From assembly GCF_964355755.1 (NCBI RefSeq), contig NC_092680.1, forward strand, positions 12,347,045-12,411,044: a DNA stretch of 64,000 bases. The letters are read 5' to 3'. This document shows positions 1 through 14,394 of the stretch, in pieces. Positions within the stretch are counted from its first letter, which is position 1. Every line of letters begins with the position of its first letter. The notes below the pieces were generated by a model. The model made no database searches, was not told the DNA's origin, and saw only the letters and a list, made by a program, of their open reading frames with translations. The translations under genes were made by a program, and so were the position numbers. This DNA is from Antedon mediterranea. Lineage: Eukaryota; Animalia; Echinodermata.

Positions 1-2693
1 GCTGATCTATCTCTCTCTCTCTCTCTCTGATCTATCTCTCTTGCTGATCTATCTCTCTCTCGCTGATCTATCTCTCTCTCTCGCTGATCTATCTCTCTTG
101 CTGATCTACCTCTCTCTCTCGCTGATCAATCTCTCTCTCGCTGATCTATCTCTCTCTCGCTGATCAATCTCTCTCTCTCGCTGATTTATCTCTCTCTCGC
201 TGATCTATATCTCTCTCTCTCGCTGATCTATTTCTCTCGCTGAACTATCTCTCTCTCGCTGATCTATCTCTCTCTCTCTCGCTGATCTATCTCTCTCTCT
301 CGCTGATCTATCTATCTCTCTCTCGCTGATCTATCTCTTTCTCGCTGATCTATCTATCTCTCAATCTCTCTCGCTGATCTATCTCTCTCTCGCTGATCTA
401 TCGCTCTCTCGCTGATCTATCTCTCTCTCGCTGATCTATCTCTCTCTCACTCGCTGATCTATCTCTCTCTCTCGCTGATCTATCTCTCTCTCGCTGGTCT
501 ATCTCTCTCTCGCTCGCTGATCTATCTCTCTCTCGCTGATCTATCTCTCTCTCTCTCTCTGATCTATCTCTCTCTCGCTGATCTATCTCTCTCTCGCTGA
601 TCTATCTCCCTCTCTCGCTGATCTATTTCTCTCTCGCTGATCTATCTCTCTCTCGCTGATTTATCTCTCTCTCTCTCTCTCTCTCTCTCTAGCTGATCTA
701 TCTCTCCTCTCTCTCGCTGATCTATCTCTCTCTCGCTGATCTATCTCTCTCTCGCTGATCTATCTCTCTCTCTCTCTCTGATCTATCTCTCTTGCTGATC
801 TATCTCTCTCTCTCGCTGATTTATCTCTCTCTCGCTGATCTATCTCTCTCTCGCTGATCAATCTCTCTCTCTCTCGCTGATCTATCTCTCTCTCGCTGAT
901 CTATATCTCTCTCTCGCTGATCTATTTCTCTCGCTGAACTATCTCTCTCTCGTTGATCTATCTCTCTCTTTCTCGCTGATCTATCTCTCTCTCTCTCTCG
1001 CTGATCTATCTATCTCTCTCTCGCTGATCTATCTCTTTCTCGCTGATCTATCTATCTCTCACTCTCTCTCGCTGATCTATCTTTTCTCTCGCTGATCTAT
1101 CGCTCTCTCGCTGATCTATCTCTCTCTCGCTGATCTATATCTCTCTCTCGCTGATCTATCTCTCTCTCTCGCTGATCTATCTCTCTCTCGCTGGTCTATC
1201 TCTCTCTCGCTCGCTGATCTATCTCTCTCTCGCTGATCTATCTCTCTCTCTCTGATCTATCTCTCTCTCGCTGATCTATCTCTCTCTCGCTGATCTATCT
1301 CCCTCTTTCGCTGATCTATCTCTCTCTCGCTGATCTATCTCTCTCTCGCTGATTTATCTCTTTCTCTCTCTCTCTCTCTAGCTGATCTATCTCTCTCTCT
1401 CTCTCTCGCTGATCTATCTCTCTCTCACTGATCTATCTCTTTCTCGCTGATCTATCTCTCTCTCTCTCTCTCTGATCTATCTCTCTTGCTGATCTATCTC
1501 TCTCTCGCTGATCTATCTCTCTCTCGCTGATCTATCTCTCTCTCGCTGATCTATCTCTCTCTCTCGCTGATCTATCTCTCTCTCTCTCTCCCTCTCTTTT
1601 CTATCTGTCTCTCTGTCGCTGATCTATCTCTCTCTCTCGCTGATCTCTCTCTCTCTCTCTCTCTCTCCCCCTCTCTCTCTCGCTGATCTATCTCTCTCTC
1701 TCTTTCTCTCGCTGATCTATCTCACTTTCTCTCTCTCTCTCTCTCGCTGATCTATCTCTCTCTCTCGCTGATCTATCTCTCTCCATCTCTCTCTCTCTCT
1801 CGCTGATCTATCTCTCTCTCTCTCTCTCTCTCTCGCTGATCTATCTCTCTCTCACTCTCTCTCGCTGATCTATCTCTCTCTCTCTCTCTCGCTGATCTAT
1901 CTCTCTCTCTCGCTGATCTATCTCTCTCTCGCTGATCTATCTCTCTCGCTGATCTATCTCTCTCTCTCTCTCGCTGATCTATCTCTCTCTCTCGCTGATC
2001 TATCTCTCTCTCGCTGATCTATCTCTCTCTCGCTGATCTATCTCTCTCTCTCTCTCTCTGATCTATCTCTCTTGCTGATCTATCTCTCTCTCGCTGATCT
2101 ATCTCTCTCTCTCCTGATCTATCTCTCTTGCTGATCTACCTCTCTCTCTCGCTGATCAATCTCTCTCTCGCTGATCTATCTCTCTCTCGCTGATCAATCT
2201 CTCTCTCTCTCGCTGATTTATCTCTCTCTCGCTGATCTATATCTCTCTCTCTCGCTGATCTATTTCTCTCGCTGAACTATCTCTCTCTCGCTGATCTATC
2301 TCTCTCTCTCTCGCTGATCTATCTCTCTCTCTCGCTGATCTATCTATCTCTCTCTCGCTGATCTATCTCTTTCTCGCTGATCTATCTATCTCTCAATCTC
2401 TCTCGCTGATCTATCTCTCTCTCGCTGATCTATCGCTCTCTCCGCTGATCTATCTCTCTCTCGCTGATCTATCTCTCTCTCACTCGCTGATCTATCTCTC
2501 TCTCTCGCTGATCTATCTCTCTCTCGCTGGTCTATCTCTCTCTCGCTCGCTGATCTATCTCTCTCTCGCTGATCTATCTCTCTCTCTCTCTCTGATCTAT
2601 CTCTCTCTCGCTGATCTATCTCTCTCTCGCTGATCTATCTCCCTCTCTCGCTGATCTATTTCTCTCTCGCTGATCTATCTCTCTCTCGCTGAT

Positions 2694-2725
<32 letters not shown>

Positions 2726-5255
2726 AGCTGATCTATCTCTCTCTCTCTCTCGCTGATCTATCTCTCTCTCGCTGATCTATCTCTCTCTCGCTGATCTATC
2801 TCTCTCTCTCTCTCTGATCTATCTCTCTTGCTGATCTATCTCTCTCTCTCGCTGATTTATCTCTCTCTCGCTGATCTATCTCTCTCGCTGATCAATCTCT
2901 CTCTCTCTCGCTGATCTATCTCTCTCTCGCTGATCTATATCTCTCTCTCGCTGATCTATTTCTCTCGCTGAACTATCTCTCTCTCGTTGATCTATCTCTC
3001 TCTTTCTCGCTGATCTATCTCTCTCTCTCTCTCGCTGATCTATCTATCTCTCTCTCGCTGATCTATCTCTTTCTCGCTGATCTATCTATCTCTCACCTCT
3101 CTCTCGCTGATCTATCTTTCTCTCGCTGATCTATCGCTCTCTCGCTGATCTATCTCTCTCTCGCTGATCTATATCTCTCTCTCGCTGATCTATCTCTCTC
3201 TCTCGCTGATCTATCTCTCTCTCGCTGGTCTATCTCTCTCTCGCTCGCTGATCTATCTCTCTCTCGCTGATCTATCTCTCTCTCTCTGATCTATCTCTCT
3301 CTCGCTGATCTATCTCTCTCTCGCTGATCTATCTCCCTCTTTCGCTGATCTATCTCTCTCTCGCTGATCTATCTCTCTCTCGCTGATTTATCTCTTTCTC
3401 TCTCTCTCTCTCTAGCTGATCTATCTCTCTCTCTCTCTCTCGCTGATCTATCTCTCTCTCACTGATCTATCTCTTTCTCGCTGATCTATCTCTCTCTCTC
3501 TCTCTCTGATCTATCTCTCTTGCTGATCTATCTCTCTCTCGCTGATCTATCTCTCTCTCTCGCTGATCTATCTCTCTCTCGCTGATCTATCTCTCTCTCT
3601 CGCTGATCTATCTCTCTCTCTCTCTCCCTCTCTTTTCTATCTGTCTCTCTGTCGCTGATCTATCTCTCTCTCTCGCTGATCTATCTCTCTCTCTCTCTCT
3701 CGCTGATCTATCTCTCTTTCGCTGATCTATCTCTCTCTCGCTGATCTATCTCTCTCTCTCTCTCTCGCTGATCTATCGCTCTCTCGCTGATCTATCTCTC
3801 TCTCTCTCTCGCTGATCTATCTCTCCCTCTCTCGCTGATCTATCTCTCTCTCGCTGATCTATCTCTCTCTCGCTGATCTATCTCTCTCTCGCTGATCTAT
3901 CTCTCTCTCTCTCTCGCTGATCTATCTCTCAATCGCTGATCTATCTCTCTCTCTCGCTGATCTATCTCTCTCTCGCTGATTAATCTCTCTCTCTCTCTCG
4001 CTGATCTATCTCTCTCTCTCGCTGATCTTTATATCTCTCTCTCTCGCTGATCTATTTCTCTCGCTGAACTATCTCTCTCTCGCTGATCTATCTCTCTCTC
4101 TCTCGCTGATCTATCTCTCTCTCTCTCGCTGATCTATCTATCTCTCTCTCGCTGATCTATCTCTTTCTCGCTGATCTATCTATCTCTCACTCTCTCTCGC
4201 TGATCTATCTCTCTCTCGCTGATCTATCGCTCTCTCGCTGATCTATCTCTCTCTCGCTGATCTATCTCTCTCTCTCTCGCTGATCTATCTCTCTCTCTCG
4301 CTGATCTATCTCTCTCTCGCTGGTCTATCTCTCTCTCGCTCGCTGATCTATCTCTCTCTCGCTGATCTATCTCTCTCTCTCTCTGATCTATCTCTCTCTC
4401 GCTGATCTATCTCTCTCTCCCTGATCTATCTCCCTCTCTCGCTGATCTATCTCTCTCTCGCTGATCTATCTCTCTCTCGCTGATTTATCTCTCTCTCTCT
4501 CTCTCTCTCTCTCTAGCTGATCTATCTCTCTCTCTCTCTCGCTGATCTATCTCTCTCTCGCTGATCTATCTCTCTCTCGCTGATCTATCTCTCTCTCTCT
4601 CTCTGATCTATCTCTCTTGCTGATCTTTCTCTCTCTCTCGCTGATTTATCTCTCTCTCGCTGATCTATCTCTCTCTCGCTGATCAATCTCTCTCTCTCGC
4701 TGATCTATCTCTCTCTCGCTGATCTATATCTCTCTCTCTCGCTGATCTATTTCTCTCGCTGAACTATCTCTCTCTCGTTGATCTATCTCTCTCTCTCTCG
4801 CTGATCTATCTCTCTCTCTCTCTCGCTGATCTATCTATCTCTCTCTCGCTGATCTATCTCTTTCTCGCTTTTCTATCTATCTCTCACTCTCTCTCGCTGA
4901 TCTATCTTTCTCTCGCTGATCTATCGCTCTCTCGCTGATCTATCTCTCTCTCGCTGATCTATCTCTCTCTCTCGCTGATCTATCTCCCTCTCTCGATGAT
5001 CTATCTCTCTCTCGCTGATCTATCTCTCTCTCGCTGATTTATCTCTTTCTCTCTCTCTCTCTCTAGCTGATCTATCTCTCTCTCTCTCTCGCTGATCTAT
5101 CTCTCTCTCGCTGATCTATCTCTTTCTCGCTGATCTATCTCTCTCTCTCTCTCTCTCTGATCTATCTCTCTTGCTGATCTATCTCTCTCTCGCTGATCTA
5201 TCTCTCTCTCGCTGATCTATCTCTCTCTCGCTGATCTATCTCTCTCTCTCGCTGA

Positions 5256-5291
<36 letters not shown>

Positions 5292-6007
5292 CTATCTGTC
5301 TCTCTGTCGCTGATCTATCTCTCTCTCTCGCTGATCTATCTCTCTCTCTCTCTCGCTGATCTATCTCTCTCTCGCTGATCTATCTCTCTCTCGCTGATCT
5401 ATCTCTCTCTCTCTCTCTCGCTTATCTATCGCTCTCTCGCTGATCTATCTCTCTCTCTCTCTCGCTGATCTATCTCTCCCTCTCTCGCTGATCTATCTCT
5501 CTCTCGCTGATCTATCTCTCTCTCTCGCTGATCTATCTCTCTCTCGCTGATCTATCTCTCTCTCGCTGATCTATCTCTCTCTCTCTCGCTGATCTAACTC
5601 TCAATCGCTGATCTATCTCTCTCTCTCGCTGATCTATCTCTTTCTCGCTGATTAATCTCTCTCTCTCTCTCTCGCTGATCTATCTCTCTCTCGCTGATCT
5701 ATATCTCTCTCTCTCTCTCGCTGATCTACCTCTCTCGCTGAACTATCTCTCTCTCGCTGATCTATCTCTCTCTCTCTCGCTGATCTATCTCTCTCTCTCT
5801 CTCTCTCGCTGATCTATCTATCTCTCTCTCGCTGATCTATCTCTTTCTCGCTGATCTATCTATCTCTCACTCTCTCTCTCGCTGATCTATCTCTCTCTCG
5901 CTGATCTATCGCTCTCTCGCTGATCTATCTCTCTCTCGCTGATCTATCTCTCTCTCTCTCGCTGATCTATCTCTCTCTCTCGCTGATCTATCTCTCTCTC
6001 TCGTTGG

Positions 6008-6038
<31 letters not shown>

Positions 6039-6306
6039 AGCTGATCTATCTCTCTCTCTGTCGCTGATCTATCTCTCTCTCGCTGATCTATCTCTCTCTC
6101 GCTGATCTATCTATCTCTCTCTCTCTCTCTGATCTATCTCTCTTGCTGATCTATCTCTCTCTCGCTGATCTATCTCTCTCTCGCTGATCTATCTCTCTCT
6201 CTCTCTGATCTATCTCTCTCTCGCTGATCTATCTCTCTCTCGCTGATCTATCTCCCTCTCTCGCTGATCTATCTCTCTCTCGCTGATCTATCTCTCTCTC
6301 GCTGAT

Positions 6307-6357
<51 letters not shown>

Positions 6358-8142
6358 GCTGATCTATCTCTCTCTCTCTCTCTCGCTGATCTATCTCTCT
6401 CTCGCTTATCTATCTCTCTCTCGCTGATCTATCTCTCTCTCTCTCTGATCTATCTCTCTTGCTGATCTATCTCTCTCTCTCGCTGATTTATCTCTCTCTC
6501 GCTGATCTATCTCTCTCTCGCTGATCAATCTCTCTCTCTCTCGCTGATCTACCTCTCTCTCGCTGATCTATATCTCTCTCTCTCGCTGATCTATTTCTCT
6601 CGCTGAACTATCTCTCTCTCGCTGATCTATCTCTCTCTCTCTCGCTGATCTATCTCTCTCTCTCTCTCTCGCTGATCTATCTATCTCTCTCTCGCTGATC
6701 TATCTCTTTCTCGCTGATCTATCTATCTCTCACTCTCTCTCGCTGATCTATCTTTCTCTCGCTGATCTATCGCTCTCTCGCTGATCTATCTCTCTCTCGC
6801 TGATCTATCTCTCTCTCTCGCTGATCTATCTCTCTCTCTCGCTGATCTATCTCTCTCTCGCTGGTCTATCTCTCTCTCGCTCGCTGATCTATCTCTCTCT
6901 CGCTGATCTATCGCTCTCTCGCTGATCTATCTCTCTCTCGCTGATCTATCTCTCTCTCTCGCTGATCTATCTCTCTCTCTCGCTAATCTATCTCTCTCTC
7001 GCTGGTCTATCTCTCTCTCGCTGATTTATCTCTTTCTCTCTCTCTCTCTCTAGCTGATCTATCTCTCTCTCTCTCTCTCTCGCTGATCTATCTCTCTCTC
7101 GCTGATCTATCTCTTTCTCGCTGATCTATCTCTCTCTCTCTCTCTCTCTGATCTATCTCTCTTGCTGATCTATCTCTCTCTCGCTGATCTATCTCTCTCT
7201 CGCTGATCTATCTCTCTCTCGCTGATCTATCTCTCTCTCTCGCTGATCTATCTCTCTCTCTCTCTCTCTGTTCTATCTGTCTCTCTGTCGCTGATCTATC
7301 TCTCTCTCTCGCTGATCTATCTCTCTATCTCTCTCTCTCGCTGATCTATCTCTCTCTCGCTGATCTATCTCTCTCTCGCTGATCTATCTCTCTCTCTCTC
7401 TCTCGCTGATCTATCGCTCTCTCGCTGATCTATCTCTCTCTCTCTCTCGCTGATCTATCTCTCCCTCTCTCGCTGATCTATCTCTCTCTCGCTGATCTAT
7501 CTCTCTTTCTCGCTGATCTATCTCTCTCTCGCTGATCTATCTCTCTCTCGCTGATCTATCTCTCTCTCTCTCTCGCTGATCTATCTCTCAATCGCTGATC
7601 TATCTCTCTCTCTCGCTGATCTATCTCTCTCTCGCTGATTAATCTCTCTCTCTCTCTCTCGCTGATCTATCTCTCTCTCGCTGATCTATATCTCTCTCTC
7701 GCTGATCTATTTCTCTCGCTGAACTATCTCTCTCTCGCTGATCTATCTCTCTCTCTCTCGCTGATCTATCTCTCTCTCTCTCGCTGATCTATCTATCTCT
7801 CTCTCGCTGATCTATCTCTTTCTCGCTGATCTATCTATCTCTCACTCTCTCTCGCTGATCTATCTCTCTCTCGCTGATCTATCGCTCTCTCGCTGATCTA
7901 TCTCTCTCTCGCTGATCTATCTCTCTCTCTCTCGCTGATCTATCTCTCTCTCTCGCTGATCTATCTCACTCTCGCTGGTCTATCTCTCTCTCGCTCGCTG
8001 ATCTATCTCTCTCTCGCTGATCTATCTCTCTCTCTCTCTGATCTATCTCTCTCTCGCTGATCTATCTCTCTCTCGCTGATCTATCTCCCTCTCTCGCTGA
8101 TCTATCTCTCTCTCGCTGATCTATCTCTCTCTCGCTGATTTA

Positions 8143-8175
<33 letters not shown>

Positions 8176-9832
8176 AGCTGATCTATCTCTCTCTCTCTCT
8201 CTCGCTGATCTATCTCTCTCTCGCTGATCTATCTCTCTCTCGCTGATCTATCTCTCTCTCTCTCTCTGATCTATCTCTCTTGCTGATCTATCTCTCTCTC
8301 TCGCTGATTTATCTCTCTCTCGCTGATCTATCTCTCTCTCGCTGATCAATCTCTCTCTCTCTCGCTGATCTATCTCTCTCTCGCTGATCTATATCTCTCT
8401 CTCTCGCTGATCTATTTCTCTCGCTGAACTATCTCTCTCTCGCTGATCTATCTCTCTCTCTCTCACTGATCTATCTCTCTCTCTCTCTCTCGCTGATCTA
8501 TCTATCTCTCTCTCGCTGATCTATCTCTTTCTCGCTGATCTATCTATCTCTCACTCTCTCTCGCTGATCTATCTTTCTCTCGCTGATCTATCGCTCTCTC
8601 GCTGATCTATTTCTCTCTCGCTGATCTATCTCTCTCTCTCGCTGATCTATCTCTCTCTCTCTCGCTGATCTATCTCTCTCTCGCTGGTCTATCTCTTTCT
8701 CGCTCGCTGATCTATCTCTCTCTCGCTGATCTATCTCTCTCTCTCTGATCTATCTCTCTCTCGCTGATCTATCTCTCTCTCGCTGATCTATCTCCCTCTC
8801 TCGCTGATCTATCTCTCTCTCGCTGATCTATCTCTCTCTCGCTGATTTATCTCTTTCTCTCTCTCTCTCTCTAGCTGATCTATCTCTCTCTCTCTCTCTC
8901 GCTGATCTATCTCTCTCTCGCTGATCTATCTCTTTCTCGCTGATCTATCTCTCTCTCTCTCTCTCTGATCTATCTCTCTTGCTGATCTATCTCTCTCTCG
9001 CTGATCTATCTCTCTCTCGCTGATCTATCTCTCTCTCGCTGATCTATCTCTCTCTCGCTGATCTATCTCTCTCTCTCGCTGATCTATCTCTCTCTCTCTC
9101 TCTCTCGGTTCTATCTGTCTCTCTGTCGCTGATCTATCTCTCTCTCTCGCTGATCTATCTCTCTCTCTCTCTCTCTCTCGCTGATCTATCTCTCTCTCGC
9201 TGATCTATCTCTCTCTCGCTGATCTATCTCTCTCTCTCTCTCTCTCTGATCTATCGCTCTCTCGCTGATCTATCTCTCTCTCTCTCTCGCTGATCTATCT
9301 CTCCCTCTCTCGCTGATCTATCTCTCTCTCGCTGATCTATCTCTCTCTCTCGCTGATCTATCTCTCTCTCGCTGATCTATCTCTCTCTCGCTGATCTATC
9401 TCTCTCTCTCTCGCTGATCTATCTCTCAATCGCTGATCTATCTCTCTCTCTCGCTGATCTATCTCTCTCTCGCTGATTAATCTCTCTCTCTCTCTCGCTT
9501 ATCTATCTCTCTCTCGCTGATCTATATCTCTCTCTCTCTCGCTGATCTACCTCTCTCGCTGAACTATCTCTCTCTCGCTGATCTATCTCTCTCTCTCTCT
9601 CGCTGATCTATCTCTCTCTCTCTCTCTCTCTCGCTGATCTATCTATCTCTCTCTCGCTGATCTATCTCTTTCTCGCTGATCTATCTATCTCTCACTCTCT
9701 CTCTCGCTGATCTATCTCTCTCTCGCTGATCTATCGCTCTCTCGCTGATCTATCTCTCTCTCGCTGATCTATCTCTCTCTCTCTCGCTGATCTATCTCTC
9801 TCTCTCGCTGATCTATCTCTCTCTCTCGTTGG

Positions 9833-9863
<31 letters not shown>

Positions 9864-10589
9864 AGCTGATCTATCTCTCTCTCTGTCGCTGATCTATCTC
9901 TCTCTCGCTGATCTATCTCTCTCTCGCTGATCTATCTCTCTCTCTCTCTGATCTATCTCTCTTGCTGATCTATCTCTCTCTCTCGCTGATCTATCTCTCT
10001 CTCGCTGATCTATCTCTCTCGCTGATCTATCTCTCTCTCTCGCTGATCTATCTCTCTCTCGCTGATCTATCTCTCTCTCGCTGATCTATCTCTCTCTCTC
10101 TCTCTCGCTGATCTATCTCTCAATCGCTGATCTATCTCTCTCTCGCTGATCTATCTCTCTCTCGCTGATTAATCTCTCTCTCTCTCTCTCGCTGATCTAT
10201 CTCTCTCTCGCTGATCTATATCTCTCTCTCTCTCGCTGATCTATCTCTCTCGCTGAACTATATCTCTCTCGCTGATCTATCTCTCTCTCTCTCGCTGATC
10301 TATCTCTCTCTCTCTCTCTCTCGCTGATCTATCTATCTCTCTCTCGCTGATCTATCTCTTTCTCGCTGATCTATCTATCTCTCACTCTCTCTCGCTGATC
10401 TATCTCTCTCTCGCTGATCTATCGCTCTCTCGCTGATCTATCTCTCTCTCGCTGATCTATCTCTCTCTCTCTCGCTGATCTATCTCTCTCTCTCGTTGGT
10501 CTATTTCTCTCTCTCTCTCGCTGATCTATCTCTCTCTCTCGCTGATCTATCTCTCTCGCTGATCTATCTATCTATCTATCTCTCGCTGA

Positions 10590-10624
<35 letters not shown>

Positions 10625-13600
10625 GTTCTATCTCCCTCTCTGTCGCTGATCTATCTCTCTCTCACTGATCTATCTCTCTCTCTCTCTCGCTGATCTATCT
10701 CTCTCTCTCTCTCTCGCTGATCTATCTCTCTCTCTCTCTCTCGCTGATCTATCTCTCTCTCGCTGATCTATCTCTATCTCTCTCTCGCTGATCTATCTCT
10801 CCCTCTCTCGCTGATCTATCTCTCTCGCTAATCTCTCTCTGGCAGATCTCTCTCTCATTGATCTCTCTCCCTGATCTCTCTCGCTGATCTCTCTCTCGCT
10901 GATCTCTCTCGCGCTGATCTCTCTCTCTCTCTCTCTCGCTGATCTCTTTCTCTCGATGATCTGGTTCTCTCTCTCTTTCTCTCTCGCTGATCTCTCTCTC
11001 TCCCTCTCTCGCTGATTTCTCTCTCGCTCTCTCTCACTGATCTCTCTCTCGCTGATCTCTCTCCCTCGATGATCTCTCTCTCGCTGATCTGATCTCTTTC
11101 TCCCTCTCTCTTGCTGATCTCACTCTACCTTGATGATCTCTCTCTCGCTGATCTCTCTCTCTCTCTCTCTCGCTGATCTATCTCTCTCTCACTCTCTCTC
11201 GCTGATCTATCTCTCTCTCTCTCTCTCGCTGATCTATCTCTCTCTCGCTGATCTATCTCTCTCTCGCTGATCTATCTCTCTCGCTGATCTATCTCTCTCT
11301 CTCTCGCTGATCTATCTCTCTCTCTCGCTGATCTATCTCTCTCTCGCTGATCTATCTCTCTCTCGCTGATCTATCTCTCTCTCTCTCTCTGATCTATCTC
11401 TCTTGCTGATCTATCTCTCTCTCGCTGATCTATCTCTCTCTCTCGCTGATCTATCTCTCTTGCTGATCTATCTCTCTCTCGCTGATCAATCTCTCTCTCG
11501 CTGATCTATCTCTCTCTCGCTGATCAATCTCTCTCTCTCTCGCTGATCTATCTCTCTCTCGCTGATCTATATCTCTCTCTCGCTGATCTATTTCTTTCGC
11601 TGAACTATCTCTCTCTCGCTGATCTATCTCTCTCTCTCGCTGATCTATCTCTCTCTCTCTCTCTCGCTGATCTATCTATCTCTCTCTCGCTGATCTATCT
11701 CTTTCTCGCTGATCTATCTATCTCTCACTCTCTCTCGCTGATCTATCTCTCTCTCGCTGATCTATCGCTCTCTCGCTGATCTATCTCTCTCTCGCTGATC
11801 TATCTCTCTCTCTCTCTCGCTGATCTATCTCTCTCTCTCTCGCTGATCTATCTCTCTCTCGCTGGTCTATCTCTCTCTCGCTCGCTGATCTATCTCTCTC
11901 TCGCTGATCTATCTCTCTCTCTCTCTCTCTGATCTATCTCTCTCTCGCTGATCTATCTCTCTCTCGCTGATCTATCTCCCTCTCTCGCTGATCTATCTCT
12001 CTCTCGCTGATCTATCTCTCTCTCGCTGATTTATCTCTCTCTCTCTCTCTCTCTCTCTCTAGCTGATCTATCTCTCTCTCTCTCTCGCTGATCTATCTCT
12101 CTCTCGCTGATCTATCTCTCTCTCGCTGATCTATCTCTCTCTCTCTCTCTCTGATCTATCTCTCTTGCTGATCTATCTCTCTCTCTCGCTGATTTATCTC
12201 TCTCTCACTGATCTATCTCTCTCTCGCTGATCAATCTCTCTCTCTCTCGCTGATCTATCTCTCTCTCGCTGATCTATATCTCTCTCTCTCGCTGATCTAT
12301 TTCTCTCGCTGAACTATCTCTCTCTCGCTGATCTATCTCTCTCTCTCTCGCTGATCTATCTCTCTCTCTCTCTCTCGCTGATCTATCTATCTCTCTCTCG
12401 CTGATCTATCTCTTTCTCGCTGATCTATCTATCTCTCACTCTCTCTCGCTGATCTATCTCTCTCTCGCTGATCTATCGCTCTCTCGCTGATCTATCTCTC
12501 TCTCGCTGATCTATCTCTCTCTCTCGCTGATCTATCTCTCTCTCGCTGGTCTATCTCTCTCTCGCTCGCTGATCTATCTCTCTCTCGCTGATCTATCTCT
12601 CTCTCTCTGATCTATCTCTCTCTCGCTGATCTATCTCTCTCTCGCTGATCTATCTCCCTCTCTCGCTGATCTATCTCTCTCTCGCTGATCTATCTCTCTC
12701 TCGCTGATTTATCTTTTTCTCTCTCTCTCTCTCTCTAGCTGATCTATCTCTCTCTCTCTCTCGCTGATCTATCTCTCTCTCTCGCTGATCTATCTCTTTC
12801 TCGCTGATCTATCTCTCTCTCTCTCTCTCTGATCTATCTCTCTTGCTGATCTATCTCTCTCTCGCTGATCTATCTCTCTCTCGCTGATCTATCTCTCTCT
12901 CGCTGATCTATCTCTCTCTCGCTGATCTATCTCTCTCTCTCTCTCTCTCTCTCTATTCTATCTGTCTCTCTGTCGCTGATCTATCTCTCTCTCTCGCTGA
13001 TCTATCTCTCTCTCTCTCTCTCTCGCTGATCTATCTCTCTCTCGCTGATCTATCTCTCTCTCGCTGATCTATCTCTCTCTCTCTCTCTCGCTGATCTATC
13101 GCTCTCTCGCTGATCTATCTCTCTCTCTCTCTCGCTGATCTATCTCTCCCTCTCTCGCTGATCTATCTCTCTCTCGCTGATCTATCTCCCTCTCTCGCTG
13201 ATCTATCTCTCTCTCGCTGATCTATCTCTCTCTCGCTGATCTATCTCTCTCTCTCTCTCGCTGATCTATCTCTCAATCGCTGATCTATCTCTCTCTCTCG
13301 CTGATCTATCTCTCTCTCGCTGATTAATCTCTCTCTCTCTCTCTCGCTGATCTATCTCTCTCTCGCTGATCTATATCTCTCTCTCTCTCGCTGATCAACC
13401 TCTCTCGCTGAACTATCTCTCTCTCGCTGATCTATCTCTCTCTCTCTCTCGCTGATCTATCTCTCTCTCTCTCTCTCGCTGATCTATCTATCTCTCTCTC
13501 GCTGATCTATCTCTTTCTCGCTGATCTATCTATCTCTCACTCTCTCTCTCGCTGATCTATCTCTCTCTCGCTGATCTATCGCTCTCTCGCTGATCTAGCT

Positions 13601-13677
13601 CTCTCTCGCTGAACTATCTCTCTCTCTCTCGCTGATCTATCTCTCTCACTCGCTGATCTATCTCTCTCTCTCGTTGG

Positions 13678-13708
<31 letters not shown>

Positions 13709-14363
13709 AGCTGATCTATCTCTCTCTCTGTCGCTGATCTATCTCTCTCTCGCTGATCTATCTCTCTCTCACTGATCTATCTCTCTCTCTCTCTGATCTA
13801 TCTCTCTTGCTGATCTATCTCTCTCTCGCTGATCTATCTCTCTCTCGCTGATCTATCTCTCTCGCTGATCTATCTCTCTCTCTCGCTGATCTATCTCTCT
13901 CTCGCTGATCTATCTCTCTCTCGCTGATCTATCTCTCTCTCTCTCTCTCGCTGATCTATCTCTCAATCGCTGATCTATCTCTCTCTCGCTGATCTATCTC
14001 TCTCTCGCTGATTAATCTCTCTCTCTCTCTCCCTGATCTATCTCTCTCTCGCTGATCTATATCTCTCTTTCTCTCGCTGATCTATCTCTCTCGCTGAACT
14101 ATATCTCTCTCGCTGATCTATCTCTCTCTCTCTCGCTGATCTATCTCTCTCTCTCTCTCTCGCTGATCTATCTATCTCTCTCTCGCTGATCTATCTCTTT
14201 CTCGCTGATCTATCTATCTCTCACTCTCTCTCGCTGATCTATCTCTCTCTCGCTGATCTATCGCTCTCTCGCTGATCTATCTCTCTCTCTCGCTGATCTA
14301 TCTCTCTCTCTCTCGCTGATCTATCTCTCTCTCTCGCTGATCTATCTCTTTCTCTCGTTGGTC

Positions 14364-14394
<31 letters not shown>

